Assembly: GCA_050011875.1 (NCBI GenBank)
Contig: JBEKIG010000015.1
Span: 1 to 64,000 of the forward strand
Direction of reading: 5' to 3'
Source of the DNA: Nitrososphaeria archaeon
GTDB taxonomy: Archaea; Thermoproteota; Nitrososphaeria; JACIWG01
Length of the DNA: 64,000 bases
Shown: positions 10,417 to 20,712 of the stretch, piece after piece
How positions within the stretch are numbered: the first letter of the stretch is position 1
How the letters are laid out: each line of letters opens with the position of its first letter
Position numbers and translations under genes: made by a program
The notes under the pieces: generated by a model
Database searches by the model: none
The model's input: only the letters and a program-made list of their open reading frames with translations
Told to the model about the DNA's origin: nothing

Positions 10417-11688
10417 CTACATTCGCCTCATAACCTTCAACCTCGCCGCTATTTTAATAAGGGTTCCCTTGTTCCCGAAGCCGCCTGCTTTAGTTACAAT
10501 ATATTTTCCATTGTAGTTGAGAACCGGAAGACCCGGCTCAATTTCTCCTTTCAATTCCAACGCGTCAATGTTCAAGCTGCGTATTACTGATACCGCGACG
10601 TCGCCTCCTGTGATAAAAAGACCGCAAAATTGGCTCCATCCGAAACCTGTAATGATAGCTGAAACAAGATTGCCGAATTTTTCAGCCAAAACAAGCCCGA
10701 ACTCAGACATGCTAACGCCCAATTTTTTTGCCATAGCTTCACCCTCAGAAATCTGAGAGGGACTGTAGGATATTGTTACAACTACATCAGATGAGGAAGC
10801 TAATGCATCCGCTACTTCCTTCTTAACCCTCCTGCATTCGGATTCAAAATCGTTAACCAAGACGTCTATCTTTACAAGTACAAGCTTTGATGGAAACTCT
10901 TGAGTAAAGGTCTTGACCTGATCTTTGGCCAGATCATTAGGGGAGCCGACTGCCATCAGCACAGGCTTTCCCTTACGATTTCCTATGATAACGTTGTAGG
11001 CGATACTTTCAGCTAATCCAGCTGAACCCACCCATATTATGTTCTCTTTATCTGATCCATATACCTCTTGAACTATGATCTTCAAGTCTTCATCGTTTTC
11101 AGCGTCGGAAGAAATCACTCTACTGCTAGATATGAATTCTCTGATTCTTCCGCTTCTCAATTCCTTTAACGATATATGGTGGTAGACTTCTTTGAATGCA
11201 ACATTAAAGTAATCAGGGATACTAGAAGATTTGACAGGTGTCCTAATGTCTTTACCAAAATAGGTTTGGTTAACAGGAACGCCTTTAACCATGAGAATAC
11301 CATTTCTAATGATACGTTCCTGTTTAGGAAAGGCAGGCACAAAAACTACCAGATCAGGTTCAAGGGCATCGTATAACCCTCTAATTTCTGGAACTATGTT
11401 TCCCCTAATAGTTGAATCGATCTTCTTGTAAATGAGTGTGTTGCCGAAACCTTTTCTTATTCTAATTCCCAATGATTGCAGCTTATCTTTAGCTTTTTGG
11501 ACGTCGAGAGCTCTACTTTCGGTATCCACTGCAACGACATCATATTTCTTCATCAGCATCGGAACGGTATCAATGTCCAACGTTGTTATTGTCGAAAAGC
11601 CGAGCTTGGCAAACTGAGCGGTTGTATCATTAGCGCCAGTAAAGTCATCAGCGATTATTAGGACTGATCTGAATATCTTTAAAGTCAT
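10417..11688 (-). CDS. Four-carbon acid sugar kinase (DUF1537, DtnK/DenK-like)
   Basis: IIADDFTGANDT, YKKIDSTIRGN, ITGGD, GEIEPGLP, VTKAGGFG. Confidence 0.9.
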   Translation of the reverse strand: MTLKIFRSVLIIADDFTGANDTTAQFAKLGFSTITTLDIDTVPMLMKKYDVVAVDTESRALDVQKAKDKLQSLGIRIRKGFGNTLIYKKIDSTIRGNIVPEIRGLYDALEPDLVVFVPAFPKQERIIRNGILMVKGVPVNQTYFGKDIRTPVKSSSIPDYFNVAFKEVYHHISLKELRSGRIREFISSSRVISSDAENDEDLKIIVQEVYGSDKENIIWVGSAGLAESIAYNVIIGNRKGKPVLMAVGSPNDLAKDQVKTFTQEFPSKLVLVKIDVLVNDFESECRRVKKEVADALASSSDVVVTISYSPSQISEGEAMAKKLGVSMSEFGLVLAEKFGNLVSAIITGFGWSQFCGLFITGGDVAVSVIRSLNIDALELKGEIEPGLPVLNYNGKYIVTKAGGFGNKGTLIKIAARLKVMRRM

Positions 11689-12095
11689 ATGTTATACCAT
11701 TATTACAGCTTTCCATGCTCTAAACAGGAATAAATAAATTTAACGTGAACAGTTATCAAACCTATCAAGACCAATTATAATTAACGGCCCACGAACTACC
11801 CTAAAAAGAATAGAAACTAAAAACTCTAAGCAAACTATGTTACATCTTATTCGATTCTTCTCCACGTATAATGTATTTTCATCTAAAGGCATAACGATAT
11901 CTGTTTACAGTGATGTAAAAGTAATTTACAAGGATTACGAAATCTGACTTAAAATATGTAACACAAACAATATTGATTTGATAATCTGAGTTACAATGAT
12001 TAAATTTATGATTTAACTCGAAAAAACTTTGGCCAATATTTTTAAAAGGGTTATGGTCGGAAGGCTAAAGATGTATTTACTAATTAGTCTTTAAC

Positions 12096-12788
12096 TTAAC
12101 TGTTTGAGCGAGTTCCATTTGAATTGTCAGTTGATGAAGACATCCAAGGAGTCCTCTTTTTGAATAAGTTTCTTTTGTAGAAGATAATTTTAACAATACT
12201 ATAGGAAGGAATCACTGACAACAAAGTTTGAATAATGTTGAATACAGCAGTAAAGACCATAATCACTATCAAAGCGTCCACGTTGCTTTGGAACTGTAAC
12301 CCTAGTGTAGCGCCTAAGCTTTTGACTGCCAAAATAAAGAAACTTGGCATTAATATCCAGATTATAACGTAATTCAATACTGACATAAGAATTATGCGAA
12401 TCAAAGCGCCAAAAGTCAGTATTAAGCCAATTCCAAAGATTCCAGAAGATTTCAAGCCGATTTTTTTTGCCATATTTATCCCGATCCATGCACCTATAAT
12501 GAGACCCATTACGGCCAAAAATGCCATTAAAGGACCTAATGGTTGAAATGTTCCAACAAAATTGAGTATTAACCAATAAGCAAAAGCCGATATCACACCA
12601 GCTATGGGACCATAAATAAGTGCCCCTATCATAATTGGCAGCTCAGCAATTTGAAATTGTAGATAAGGAAGAAACACAAAGTTAAGAGTTGGAAGAAAGG
12701 TCAGTATAGCCGATAAAGCAGCAAAAATGGCTGAAGCAGATAAAGTCTGGACATCAATCCTGGTTACACGGTTAGGGTGTTCTTTCAC
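12096..12788 (-). CDS. ECF transporter S component-like membrane protein
   Basis: SAIFAALS..., PYLQFQIAELP...LIYGPIAG, FNIIQ; about 6 TM segments. Confidence 0.65.
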   Translation of the reverse strand: MKEHPNRVTRIDVQTLSASAIFAALSAILTFLPTLNFVFLPYLQFQIAELPIMIGALIYGPIAGVISAFAYWLILNFVGTFQPLGPLMAFLAVMGLIIGAWIGINMAKKIGLKSSGIFGIGLILTFGALIRIILMSVLNYVIIWILMPSFFILAVKSLGATLGLQFQSNVDALIVIMVFTAVFNIIQTLLSVIPSYSIVKIIFYKRNLFKKRTPWMSSSTDNSNGTRSNS

Positions 12789-13018
12789 GTATCATATCAT
12801 TATTTTAGAGTTTATATAATTTTTGTAATTACTAAATTTATGGTATAATTCTAATCACATTTTAACGAATAGTCTAGCCCCAAGAAGCAAATGTTCTTCA
12901 ACTCTTAATTAAGTTGAAGCAAAAATATGTTAAGGAGCTGCCCATTATACTTGATTAACAGAGGTTGTAAAGTGTGGGGAAGAATTTGTTAGGATTTCTC
13001 TTGAATAAGAAGGGTCTG

Positions 13019-14392
13019 TTAGTCTTTCTCCATCGTTTTTGATACAAGCTTTTGAATACCGGAGCTGTATTGCATAGCTTTCTTAGGGTAGAGGTAGATT
13101 TCTTCGGACAGCCCCAGTTCCTTTGCCACAGATCTTAGAACCACTTTCCTTTCTCCACTTAAACTATTTATCTTAAAATCCACTGGCAACGAAAACGCGG
13201 TTTCAGCTACCTTCTTGTTTATGAAAGGCATTATCGGTTCTGCGAACATCGAGACAGAAGCCTCGTCCCTAGATATTTTATGACAGTGTAGTTCTTCAAA
13301 ATCGGTTTTTAAAGTGTCTTCCAGCGATGTTGCACCACAAGTTCTAAGTATGTTCGTGTACTTCTGATATCCACCAAGAAGTTCGTCTGCTCCCTGCCCG
13401 ATTACAACCTGCTCTAATCCGACACGAGCTGCCTCCTCTGCAACAAGGTTCAACACTAAGGATATAGAAAAATCCATTGCACTCATTTTGCCGAATGTCC
13501 TAGAAATAGCCATTATTCTCTTTTCTACCGATTCACTATTTACATAAAGTATATTGTTATCTAAGGAAAGAAGATCGGCAACCTTCTTGGCACGAACTGA
13601 GTCATGGGAGTCTTTGGCACATACAGTAAACAGAATGGGTGTAACACCAAATGATTCAATAAGTTTGGCTAGTACGGTGGAGTCAAGGCCTCCTGAAAAG
13701 GCGACTCCGACTCGTTTGATTCCCCTCAAATTTTCATGAACGGAGTACTCAAGCGATGATTTCAAGGTTCTTGCAGAATCTTCTAGCCCCTCATCCTTTT
13801 TGTTCGATGTCTCCATATGATAGTATCTTATTGTGTGAATGTCAATTCTCTCGCCAAATCTTGCATGCAATATCGAGCCTGAGGGAAGACAATCGCACTG
13901 TAACCCCAATAGGTGTAAAGAGTAGGGATCGCTTGTTAGTACAAAAAGTTCGTCCCCCTTAAAGAAGTAAAGGGGTTTGGAGGAAATTGGAGAACGTAAA
14001 GCAAGAAGCTGGCCTCCATCGACAATTGCGATTGAGAAATCTCCATCGATATCAAGAGAGAAACTTTGCTCGGCACAATTTTTTATGCCATTTTTTGTAA
14101 TAAGGTGATGCATTTCTCTTATTCTTCTTTGGTTCCTCTCCTGATCAAATATCCTGCCGTGAATCAAAGCACTCGATAAATTTGATTCGTTTGATGGAAA
14201 AAAACATGAGATAACTCCATTTGGTCTTAAATCTTCCAGAGCTTCCTTGAAGCTCAAGCCATCGTAAAAGACAATTTTTTCTTTTTTTCTATACTCCATC
14301 AGGTTTATTATTGGTCTAATAAAGCTGGCTAAAATTTTCCTTCCAAAGAATATGCAGTAGCCATTTGTTTTAGAGAAAACGTCACTTTCCAA
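13019..14392 (-). CDS. Asparagine synthase-related protein
   Basis: PP-loop VAFSGGLDS, GQGADELLGGY, KKAMQYSSG; no N-terminal catalytic Cys; start uncertain. Confidence 0.8.
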   Translation of the reverse strand: MESDVFSKTNGYCIFFGRKILASFIRPIINLMEYRKKEKIVFYDGLSFKEALEDLRPNGVISCFFPSNESNLSSALIHGRIFDQERNQRRIREMHHLITKNGIKNCAEQSFSLDIDGDFSIAIVDGGQLLALRSPISSKPLYFFKGDELFVLTSDPYSLHLLGLQCDCLPSGSILHARFGERIDIHTIRYYHMETSNKKDEGLEDSARTLKSSLEYSVHENLRGIKRVGVAFSGGLDSTVLAKLIESFGVTPILFTVCAKDSHDSVRAKKVADLLSLDNNILYVNSESVEKRIMAISRTFGKMSAMDFSISLVLNLVAEEAARVGLEQVVIGQGADELLGGYQKYTNILRTCGATSLEDTLKTDFEELHCHKISRDEASVSMFAEPIMPFINKKVAETAFSLPVDFKINSLSGERKVVLRSVAKELGLSEEIYLYPKKAMQYSSGIQKLVSKTMEKD

Positions 14393-15746
14393 GTTTCTCC
14401 TTTATCCTTTTCAGGGTACCTTTGATTATCGCTTGAGAGCCTTCGATGTGGGCTTCCGGAATAAATATCCTATTAAGCTCATCTTCACTTATTAGCCTGT
14501 TTATCCTTTCATCCTCCATAATCGCGCTTTTGAATTGTATCCCCTTAGATCTAGATTTGGATGAAACTTCTCTCAGTATCTTGTGCGCTTCTGAACGTGA
14601 TATTTCCTTTTTCAACAATACATCAAGGACGAATTCGGAATAAACTTGGCCCATCGTAATCTCTATATTTGCTTTAACCATGTCTTCTCTTATAACCATC
14701 TTTGCAAGTACCTTAAGTAAGGTGTCTAAAACATCATCGAGCAAAATAGCTGACATAGGTATTATGAAACGTTCGTTTGCAGAATTAGTCAAGTCCCGTT
14801 CATGCCACAGTGGGATGTTTTCTAGAGCAACAGTGGGTAGAGAGCGCAGAAGCCTAGCTAGGCTAGAGATTTTCTCACAGGAAATTGGGTTCCGCTTTGA
14901 AGGCACAGCAGAACTCCCTATCTGGTCTTTGGAGAACTCTTCTTCAAATTCGCTAATTTCGGTTCTCGAAAGATTTCTGAATTCAGTGGCTATTTTGTCA
15001 CATGTAGAAGCGACTAGAGCGCACCACCAGACGAATTCGGCATAGTTCTCCCTCGAAACGACCTGTGTTGCTGAGCTGACAGGGTACAATCCAAGTTTAG
15101 ATGCGGTAATCTCCATGACTTCTAATGCCTTAGAGCCGATAACTGAACCATTACCCACGACACCCAGGGTTTTGCACATCATTACTCTTGGTCTAATTTC
15201 AGAGAGCCTATTCATATGGAGCATGCAATCATCTGCCCAAACGGCAAATTTCTGACCGAAAGAGATTATTGAAGCGTGTTGCCCGTGCGTTCTTCCAACA
15301 GAAGTAAGTGACAAATACTTTTCAGCGTTTTTTCCAAGTAAAAGGATTAGATTCTTAAGTTTCCCTTCAATTAGTTCGATGTAATCCTTTAGTTGCAGAG
15401 AAAGAGAGGTGTCAAGGATATCTTGGCTCGTTAGACCGTAGTGAACCCAAGGTTTACTTTCGTCAGATACAACGGAAACAAGTGCTTCCACTAGGGAAGC
15501 TGTCTCATGCTTTGTAGTCTTTTCAATCTCTTTCCACTTCTCATAGGAAACCAATTTTACATTAGATTTTAAAGCAATCTCTTTGGCAGCTTTCAATGGT
15601 ATTAATCTCAAAGATGCCTCAGCGTTCGCGACAGCGGCTTCCACTTCGAGCATGTACTTGAGGCGAGATTCTTCAGTGAAAATTGCTTTAGACTCAACTG
15701 AACCGTATCTTCCGGAGTCTATCGGCAACACTGGAACGCTTGACAT
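14382..15746 (-). CDS. purB: Adenylosuccinate lyase
   Basis: HYGLTSQD, GRTHGQHA, GSSAVPSKRNP, WHERDLTNS. Confidence 0.92.
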   Translation of the reverse strand: MSSVPVLPIDSGRYGSVESKAIFTEESRLKYMLEVEAAVANAEASLRLIPLKAAKEIALKSNVKLVSYEKWKEIEKTTKHETASLVEALVSVVSDESKPWVHYGLTSQDILDTSLSLQLKDYIELIEGKLKNLILLLGKNAEKYLSLTSVGRTHGQHASIISFGQKFAVWADDCMLHMNRLSEIRPRVMMCKTLGVVGNGSVIGSKALEVMEITASKLGLYPVSSATQVVSRENYAEFVWWCALVASTCDKIATEFRNLSRTEISEFEEEFSKDQIGSSAVPSKRNPISCEKISSLARLLRSLPTVALENIPLWHERDLTNSANERFIIPMSAILLDDVLDTLLKVLAKMVIREDMVKANIEITMGQVYSEFVLDVLLKKEISRSEAHKILREVSSKSRSKGIQFKSAIMEDERINRLISEDELNRIFIPEAHIEGSQAIIKGTLKRIKEKLGK

Positions 15747-15792
15747 ATGTTACACGTTTGAGATTGAAAGGTTTTAAGTGTTTTGGAAGATT

Positions 15793-17958
15793 CTAGCGGG
15801 GCCTTAAAATCTGCTCCTTTATCCGTTTAGCGATGACGGGACCAAGTTTTGGAATTCTTGCGATATCTAATTCCTTAGCCTTACGGAGATCGTTTAAATT
15901 CCTAAAACCTCTTGAGTACAGCAGTCGTGCCCTGATGCGGCCTACACCTTCGAGCTGTGTAAGTTCTAAAAGTTCCTTCTTGACGCCATATTTTATACGT
16001 TCTTCAAGCTCTGACGCCACCATCTGAAGTTCCCTCAGCTCCAGAAGCGAAGCGATTCTAGAGAAGGCGTGAACCAACCATTCTATTGATTCGACTTGGC
16101 GATAAAGGTCACCTGGTTCGATGGAGAACTTGTCATATATTTCGTTTTCAGTCTTTTCGTTTAACCATTCTCTGAGGGACATGAAGCTTCTCCCTACCTC
16201 ATTAAATTGATAAACAGAGAACAAATTTCCGAAGATCGAGCCGAATGAGGATTCTATTTCGTCTTTGGGAGTGTCATAAGATTCCATATCAACCCTTCTT
16301 AATGAAAATTTTGGCTGGAAATCATTCGATAATATAGCAGAAAGGAGAACCAGATCTTCATCGGACGATATGTCATCTTTATGCCTAGCGTAGTACTCCA
16401 TTATCGTCTTATAGTGTATTCCAGTTGATGTCGATATATAGAGGAAAGATATGTTCTTACCGAATTCTGTAGCGATATATCTTCCGTTTTCCTCTTCAAT
16501 AAGGTCGTTGATCTTTAAATATGACAAATTAACTCTAATTTTAGAGGAAATAAACTGAGGACGCCTTTGATATCCTAGGAATGTTTTAGAAAAGAATGCG
16601 CAAAGCTCTTTTTCTGATGCTCCTGGGTAGCTTACGATGGTGGCGAGCAGATGATCCCTTAATATCTCGTTGTCTATCAGCTTTGAATACAAAGGCTCAG
16701 GAGTGCCGTTAACGTAATGTTCAAAGAATGATTCAACATCGTCAAATCTAAGTATTGTTATCGCATACCCTATTTTATCGTATTGTGGTCTACCAGCTCT
16801 ACCACAAAATTGTTTATACTCTAGAACACCTATATCCTCGTTCTGTCCCCATTCACTGTTATATCTTGAAAGGCTGTTGATTATGACTGTTCTTGCAGGT
16901 AAGTTAACGCCTGCTGCCAAGGTTGGCGTCGAACAGAGCACCTTGATAAGCCCCTCCTTAAACGCCCTTTCGATAATTCTTCTGCAAGATGAAGGCAACC
17001 CAGCATGATGGAATGATGAGCCCTTGATGACGATACCAGCCAGTTTCCTTCCCACTTCTGTGATTTCATCTGAAGTCATGATTTCTTCGTAGACATCCCT
17101 AAGCTTCTTGCTTTCTTCCTCCGACAGAAGATTCGAAGTTATTGATGTGGCCTTCTCTGCTAAAGACACAGCGTTTCGTCTATTTTCTGCAAATATCAAC
17201 ACCTGTCCTCCATCCTTTAACATTACATACGCAGAATCTATAGCTGGACCGTATTTGCTTTGTAGGGTATTATAGCTCTGGCCATCATAGAAGACGATCT
17301 TACCCGAAGAATAAGCCCCTTCAAGTAGTTTCACCGGCCTCCACTTGTTGTTGACAACTTCAGCCTTAAGCCAGGAAGCGATATCTCTAAAGTTCGAAAC
17401 TGTCGCACTTAAAGCGATGATCTGAGTTTTAGTTGGAGATGAAAGAAAACGAGAAACCAGCATTTCGACGACCGGGCCCCGGTCGTCTTGGTTTAAAAGA
17501 TGGATTTCATCAAACACTATCAGCCCTATCTTCTCTATCCAGCCTGGATCAAGCCTGAGCATTGAATCAAACTTCTCGTTCGTTAAAACGAGAAGATCTT
17601 TGTTCTTCAAATAGTCGCTCTTCTTATCGTAATCGCCGGTCGAAATCGCTATGGCAGGTTTGGATCCATCCGGCTTAACTAGAGAAGAGAGGGGGGAGAA
17701 TTCTTCATATTTTTCACTTGCCAAAGCTCTTAGTGGTGTAAGGTATACAACTCTCCTATCTTCTAATATGGCTTTAGCGGCACACATCATTGCAACTAGG
17801 GTCTTGCCACTGGCCGTCGGAGACGTTATCAGAACGTTCGCACCTTCCAAAACCCCCTTGTTTACAGCCTCTTCTTGGGGAGGATAAAGTGTCTGATAGC
17901 CTAGATTCTTCAGAAGCTCTTTAACCTGATCCGGCAGTTGCAGTTCTTCAACATGCAT
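15793..17958 (-). CDS. hel308: Ski2-like DNA helicase Hel308/Hjm
   Basis: PTASGKT, DEIH, SAT, FHHAGL, TLAAGVNLPA, GRAGRP, C-terminal HhH. Confidence 0.9.
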   Translation of the reverse strand: MHVEELQLPDQVKELLKNLGYQTLYPPQEEAVNKGVLEGANVLITSPTASGKTLVAMMCAAKAILEDRRVVYLTPLRALASEKYEEFSPLSSLVKPDGSKPAIAISTGDYDKKSDYLKNKDLLVLTNEKFDSMLRLDPGWIEKIGLIVFDEIHLLNQDDRGPVVEMLVSRFLSSPTKTQIIALSATVSNFRDIASWLKAEVVNNKWRPVKLLEGAYSSGKIVFYDGQSYNTLQSKYGPAIDSAYVMLKDGGQVLIFAENRRNAVSLAEKATSITSNLLSEEESKKLRDVYEEIMTSDEITEVGRKLAGIVIKGSSFHHAGLPSSCRRIIERAFKEGLIKVLCSTPTLAAGVNLPARTVIINSLSRYNSEWGQNEDIGVLEYKQFCGRAGRPQYDKIGYAITILRFDDVESFFEHYVNGTPEPLYSKLIDNEILRDHLLATIVSYPGASEKELCAFFSKTFLGYQRRPQFISSKIRVNLSYLKINDLIEEENGRYIATEFGKNISFLYISTSTGIHYKTIMEYYARHKDDISSDEDLVLLSAILSNDFQPKFSLRRVDMESYDTPKDEIESSFGSIFGNLFSVYQFNEVGRSFMSLREWLNEKTENEIYDKFSIEPGDLYRQVESIEWLVHAFSRIASLLELRELQMVASELEERIKYGVKKELLELTQLEGVGRIRARLLYSRGFRNLNDLRKAKELDIARIPKLGPVIAKRIKEQILRPR

Positions 17959-17960
17959 AC

Positions 17961-20003
17961 CTAAGCCCTTCTATAAAAGCCAGGTTTAACCATATAGAAG
18001 ACCCCTTTCTGCTCAAGTTGTGAAAAGTACATTTTAGCGTCTACTTCATTAAATTTGCCGGTTTCGACGACGGATCTTATTAAACCGTTCAGTTCTACAG
18101 CTTCATTTGTCGGCCCAGAAAGTTCCTTATACTTCTGGAAGATTATTTCAAGCTTACTTCTTTCACTTGCAGGTGTGCCCGTGATCGTGCCCATGTCCAT
18201 CTTTCCAGTCTTCTGGTCTATAGCTACGGTATAGAGCATGTTCTTAGTCAGCGTTATTGCTTCAGCCACGTCATCCTTGGTGACCTCGTTTCTGAGTAGA
18301 AGTCTTGCTCTTGCCATAGAAAGTCTAATCAGGGATTCTAACTGTCGGGGTGTGACCGGTATAGCTTGACTTTCTGTCTGAGTACGCATTTCAAGGTAAA
18401 AGTCGATCATCATCTTCTCCGCTTCAGGCGTTATAGTAGGGCTGGTATTTTTACAGTACATCAGATACTTCCTGAGAAACGCGATATCTAATGGAGGTTT
18501 CTGAACAAATGAACGAGAACTACGAATTGCCATTATGTGAGAAGCTATCTGCTCGTCAACAACCCTTTCAGGCACATCTCTTATTACAAATATCAGATCA
18601 AACCTCGTCAGAAGAGGGGATGGAAGGTTTATGTTCTCAGCCAAGTTCTTGTAAGGATCATATTTCCCTAATAATGGGTTAGCCGCAGATAGAATAGATG
18701 TTCGAGCATTCAATGTCACAACAATGCCACCTTTCGCTACAGAAACCGTCTGCTGTTCCATAGCTTCATGTAGAGCCTGACGATCAATATTAGTCATCTT
18801 ATCAAATTCGTCTATTGCACAAATTCCCTGGTCAGCCAGAACTATGGCCCCAGCTTCAAGCATCAGCATTCCACTCTTTTCACGAACAACAGCAGCCGTC
18901 AGACCAGCAGCAGTTGTACCTTTTCCAGAAGTATACAAACCCCTTGGAGCAAGCCTTACTGAATACTTAAGAAGCTCACTCTTGGCCGTTCCAGGGTCGC
19001 CAATTAACAAAATATTAATGTCACCCCTTAATGTAGTTCCGTCTGGAAGAATTATCTGAGGCGCACCAACGATCAGAAACAGGATAGCTTCCTTCAGAAG
19101 ATCATGCCCATATATAGATGGCGAAAAAGAGCTGATGATCGTCTTCACCCAGTCAGGACGCCTAGCAAGCTCCCTGAACTTGAGTTCATCGGCTTTTTCT
19201 ATCATTACATCCTCAGGTGCCTTCCCTAAGACCTCAACATGATTGCCCTCAAGTAGGGCGTTGAAAGTTCTTAATCGTCCACCTCTTACACTGAATTCTT
19301 CCTCCGCCTTAAGAATGCCAGTTATAATTACTCTATCACCGGGTCTTGCAATGTCAACAATATCACTGTACAGTCTTATGTCAAGTTGCCTTGGAAGTTG
19401 TCCCGGCGGAAGCTCTTCAGGAAGTTCTTGTACACGAAGAACCTGATAATTGATGTAAGTGCCTTTGAAGTCGTCAAGCTTTAAATTTTCTTCATTACAT
19501 TCCATACATCTTTCCGGTTTCCTTACAATTCGCTCTTTTTGTGGGATAAAGGTAACATGGCCGCATTTTTGACAGACCCACGCTGCTTCTATTAGGTAAG
19601 GCTTCACTTCTGAAACCCTCACTACGATCCCTGTTATAGCTACAAGGGTACTAAGGGTGCTGACGTCAAGCTTTCTTAGGGGATACCTTTCTGGAAGATT
19701 CCTGAAACGTACGATAAAATATTTTTCGACCCTCTTTGCGTAATCAGGATCTGTCTCCTTGAGAAATTCTAACGCTGACCTAGAGAACATGTCTAAATAC
19801 TTGTTCGGATCCTTGGTGGAGGTGGCTGCAAGATCACTATCATACTTTGAGAGATCTGCATAATCTACAACTAGCGAATTAGAATTCTTTTGTATAATAT
19901 TGTTCAATTGAACCCTATACTTCGGCTGATTAGATTCGTCGAGCTGGCCTCGTATGAAGTTTGAAAAGTTATCCTTCAGACGGGAATCAGAAGAAACTTC
20001 CAT
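17961..20003 (-). CDS. mcm: Replicative helicase MCM
   Basis: Zn finger CQKC..CMEC, GDPGTAKS, IDEFDKM, TRFD arginine finger; no intein. Confidence 0.97.
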   Translation of the reverse strand: MEVSSDSRLKDNFSNFIRGQLDESNQPKYRVQLNNIIQKNSNSLVVDYADLSKYDSDLAATSTKDPNKYLDMFSRSALEFLKETDPDYAKRVEKYFIVRFRNLPERYPLRKLDVSTLSTLVAITGIVVRVSEVKPYLIEAAWVCQKCGHVTFIPQKERIVRKPERCMECNEENLKLDDFKGTYINYQVLRVQELPEELPPGQLPRQLDIRLYSDIVDIARPGDRVIITGILKAEEEFSVRGGRLRTFNALLEGNHVEVLGKAPEDVMIEKADELKFRELARRPDWVKTIISSFSPSIYGHDLLKEAILFLIVGAPQIILPDGTTLRGDINILLIGDPGTAKSELLKYSVRLAPRGLYTSGKGTTAAGLTAAVVREKSGMLMLEAGAIVLADQGICAIDEFDKMTNIDRQALHEAMEQQTVSVAKGGIVVTLNARTSILSAANPLLGKYDPYKNLAENINLPSPLLTRFDLIFVIRDVPERVVDEQIASHIMAIRSSRSFVQKPPLDIAFLRKYLMYCKNTSPTITPEAEKMMIDFYLEMRTQTESQAIPVTPRQLESLIRLSMARARLLLRNEVTKDDVAEAITLTKNMLYTVAIDQKTGKMDMGTITGTPASERSKLEIIFQKYKELSGPTNEAVELNGLIRSVVETGKFNEVDAKMYFSQLEQKGVFYMVKPGFYRRA

Positions 20004-20005
20004 GC

Positions 20006-20557
20006 TTACTCACCTTTCTCAAATATGGAGGAAGTGAGCTCATTTACATCCTTTTGGAGTGTCTGAAGCAGAATACGCTCCTCTAACGTGAGTTTAGGAA
20101 GAACATCACTAGTTTCAGAGTAGGTTCGAGCATAGTGCAGAATTTTTCTTATCCTTATGCTGACCAGATCTGATGCGTCGTTATGGATTTTAAGGAAATC
20201 ATTCCTTAAAGGAACGTCAGAGGAGTTTTCCGTACGTTTCCTTTTAATGAAATCAATCAGATTTATGTAAAAGCCATCATCCAGCTGTGAAAGGTTTACT
20301 GAATCCTTTAGAAGTTTCTCCTTTGCAACACTCCTAAAGAAATCATCGCTAAAATTTTCCTCTTGAATGTCTACAAATCCGTTTTTAGCAAGCACATCTG
20401 CAGCCCAAAGGGGCAGAGACATGCTTGAACCCTCCATAACAGCTTCTATTTGGAGACTTCCAAGCCTTATGTTCGATACCGATGATTTAAAAACTACTTT
20501 AACTGGGCTTATAAGAAAACCCATTCTTCTTATTTCAAACAACTCTTTGATCGACAT
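20006..20557 (-). CDS. GINS complex subunit (Gins23-like)
   Basis: LPLWAA B-domain motif, IRIRKIL, LTLEE; directly upstream of mcm; start inferred at ATG 20557. Confidence 0.8.
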   Translation of the reverse strand: MSIKELFEIRRMGFLISPVKVVFKSSVSNIRLGSLQIEAVMEGSSMSLPLWAADVLAKNGFVDIQEENFSDDFFRSVAKEKLLKDSVNLSQLDDGFYINLIDFIKRKRTENSSDVPLRNDFLKIHNDASDLVSIRIRKILHYARTYSETSDVLPKLTLEERILLQTLQKDVNELTSSIFEKGE

Positions 20558-20712
20558 GGACACCTTTAATCGCAACATAATGATGTTCCGACAATTAAAA
20601 GCTTTAAGAAAGAAAATGAGACAAGACATGATTCATAGAGCTTACTGTTTGCCTAATAATCGATAAAAATGTCTGTAATTTACGCTTATATCCACAATGT
20701 TTTATTGGTAAA

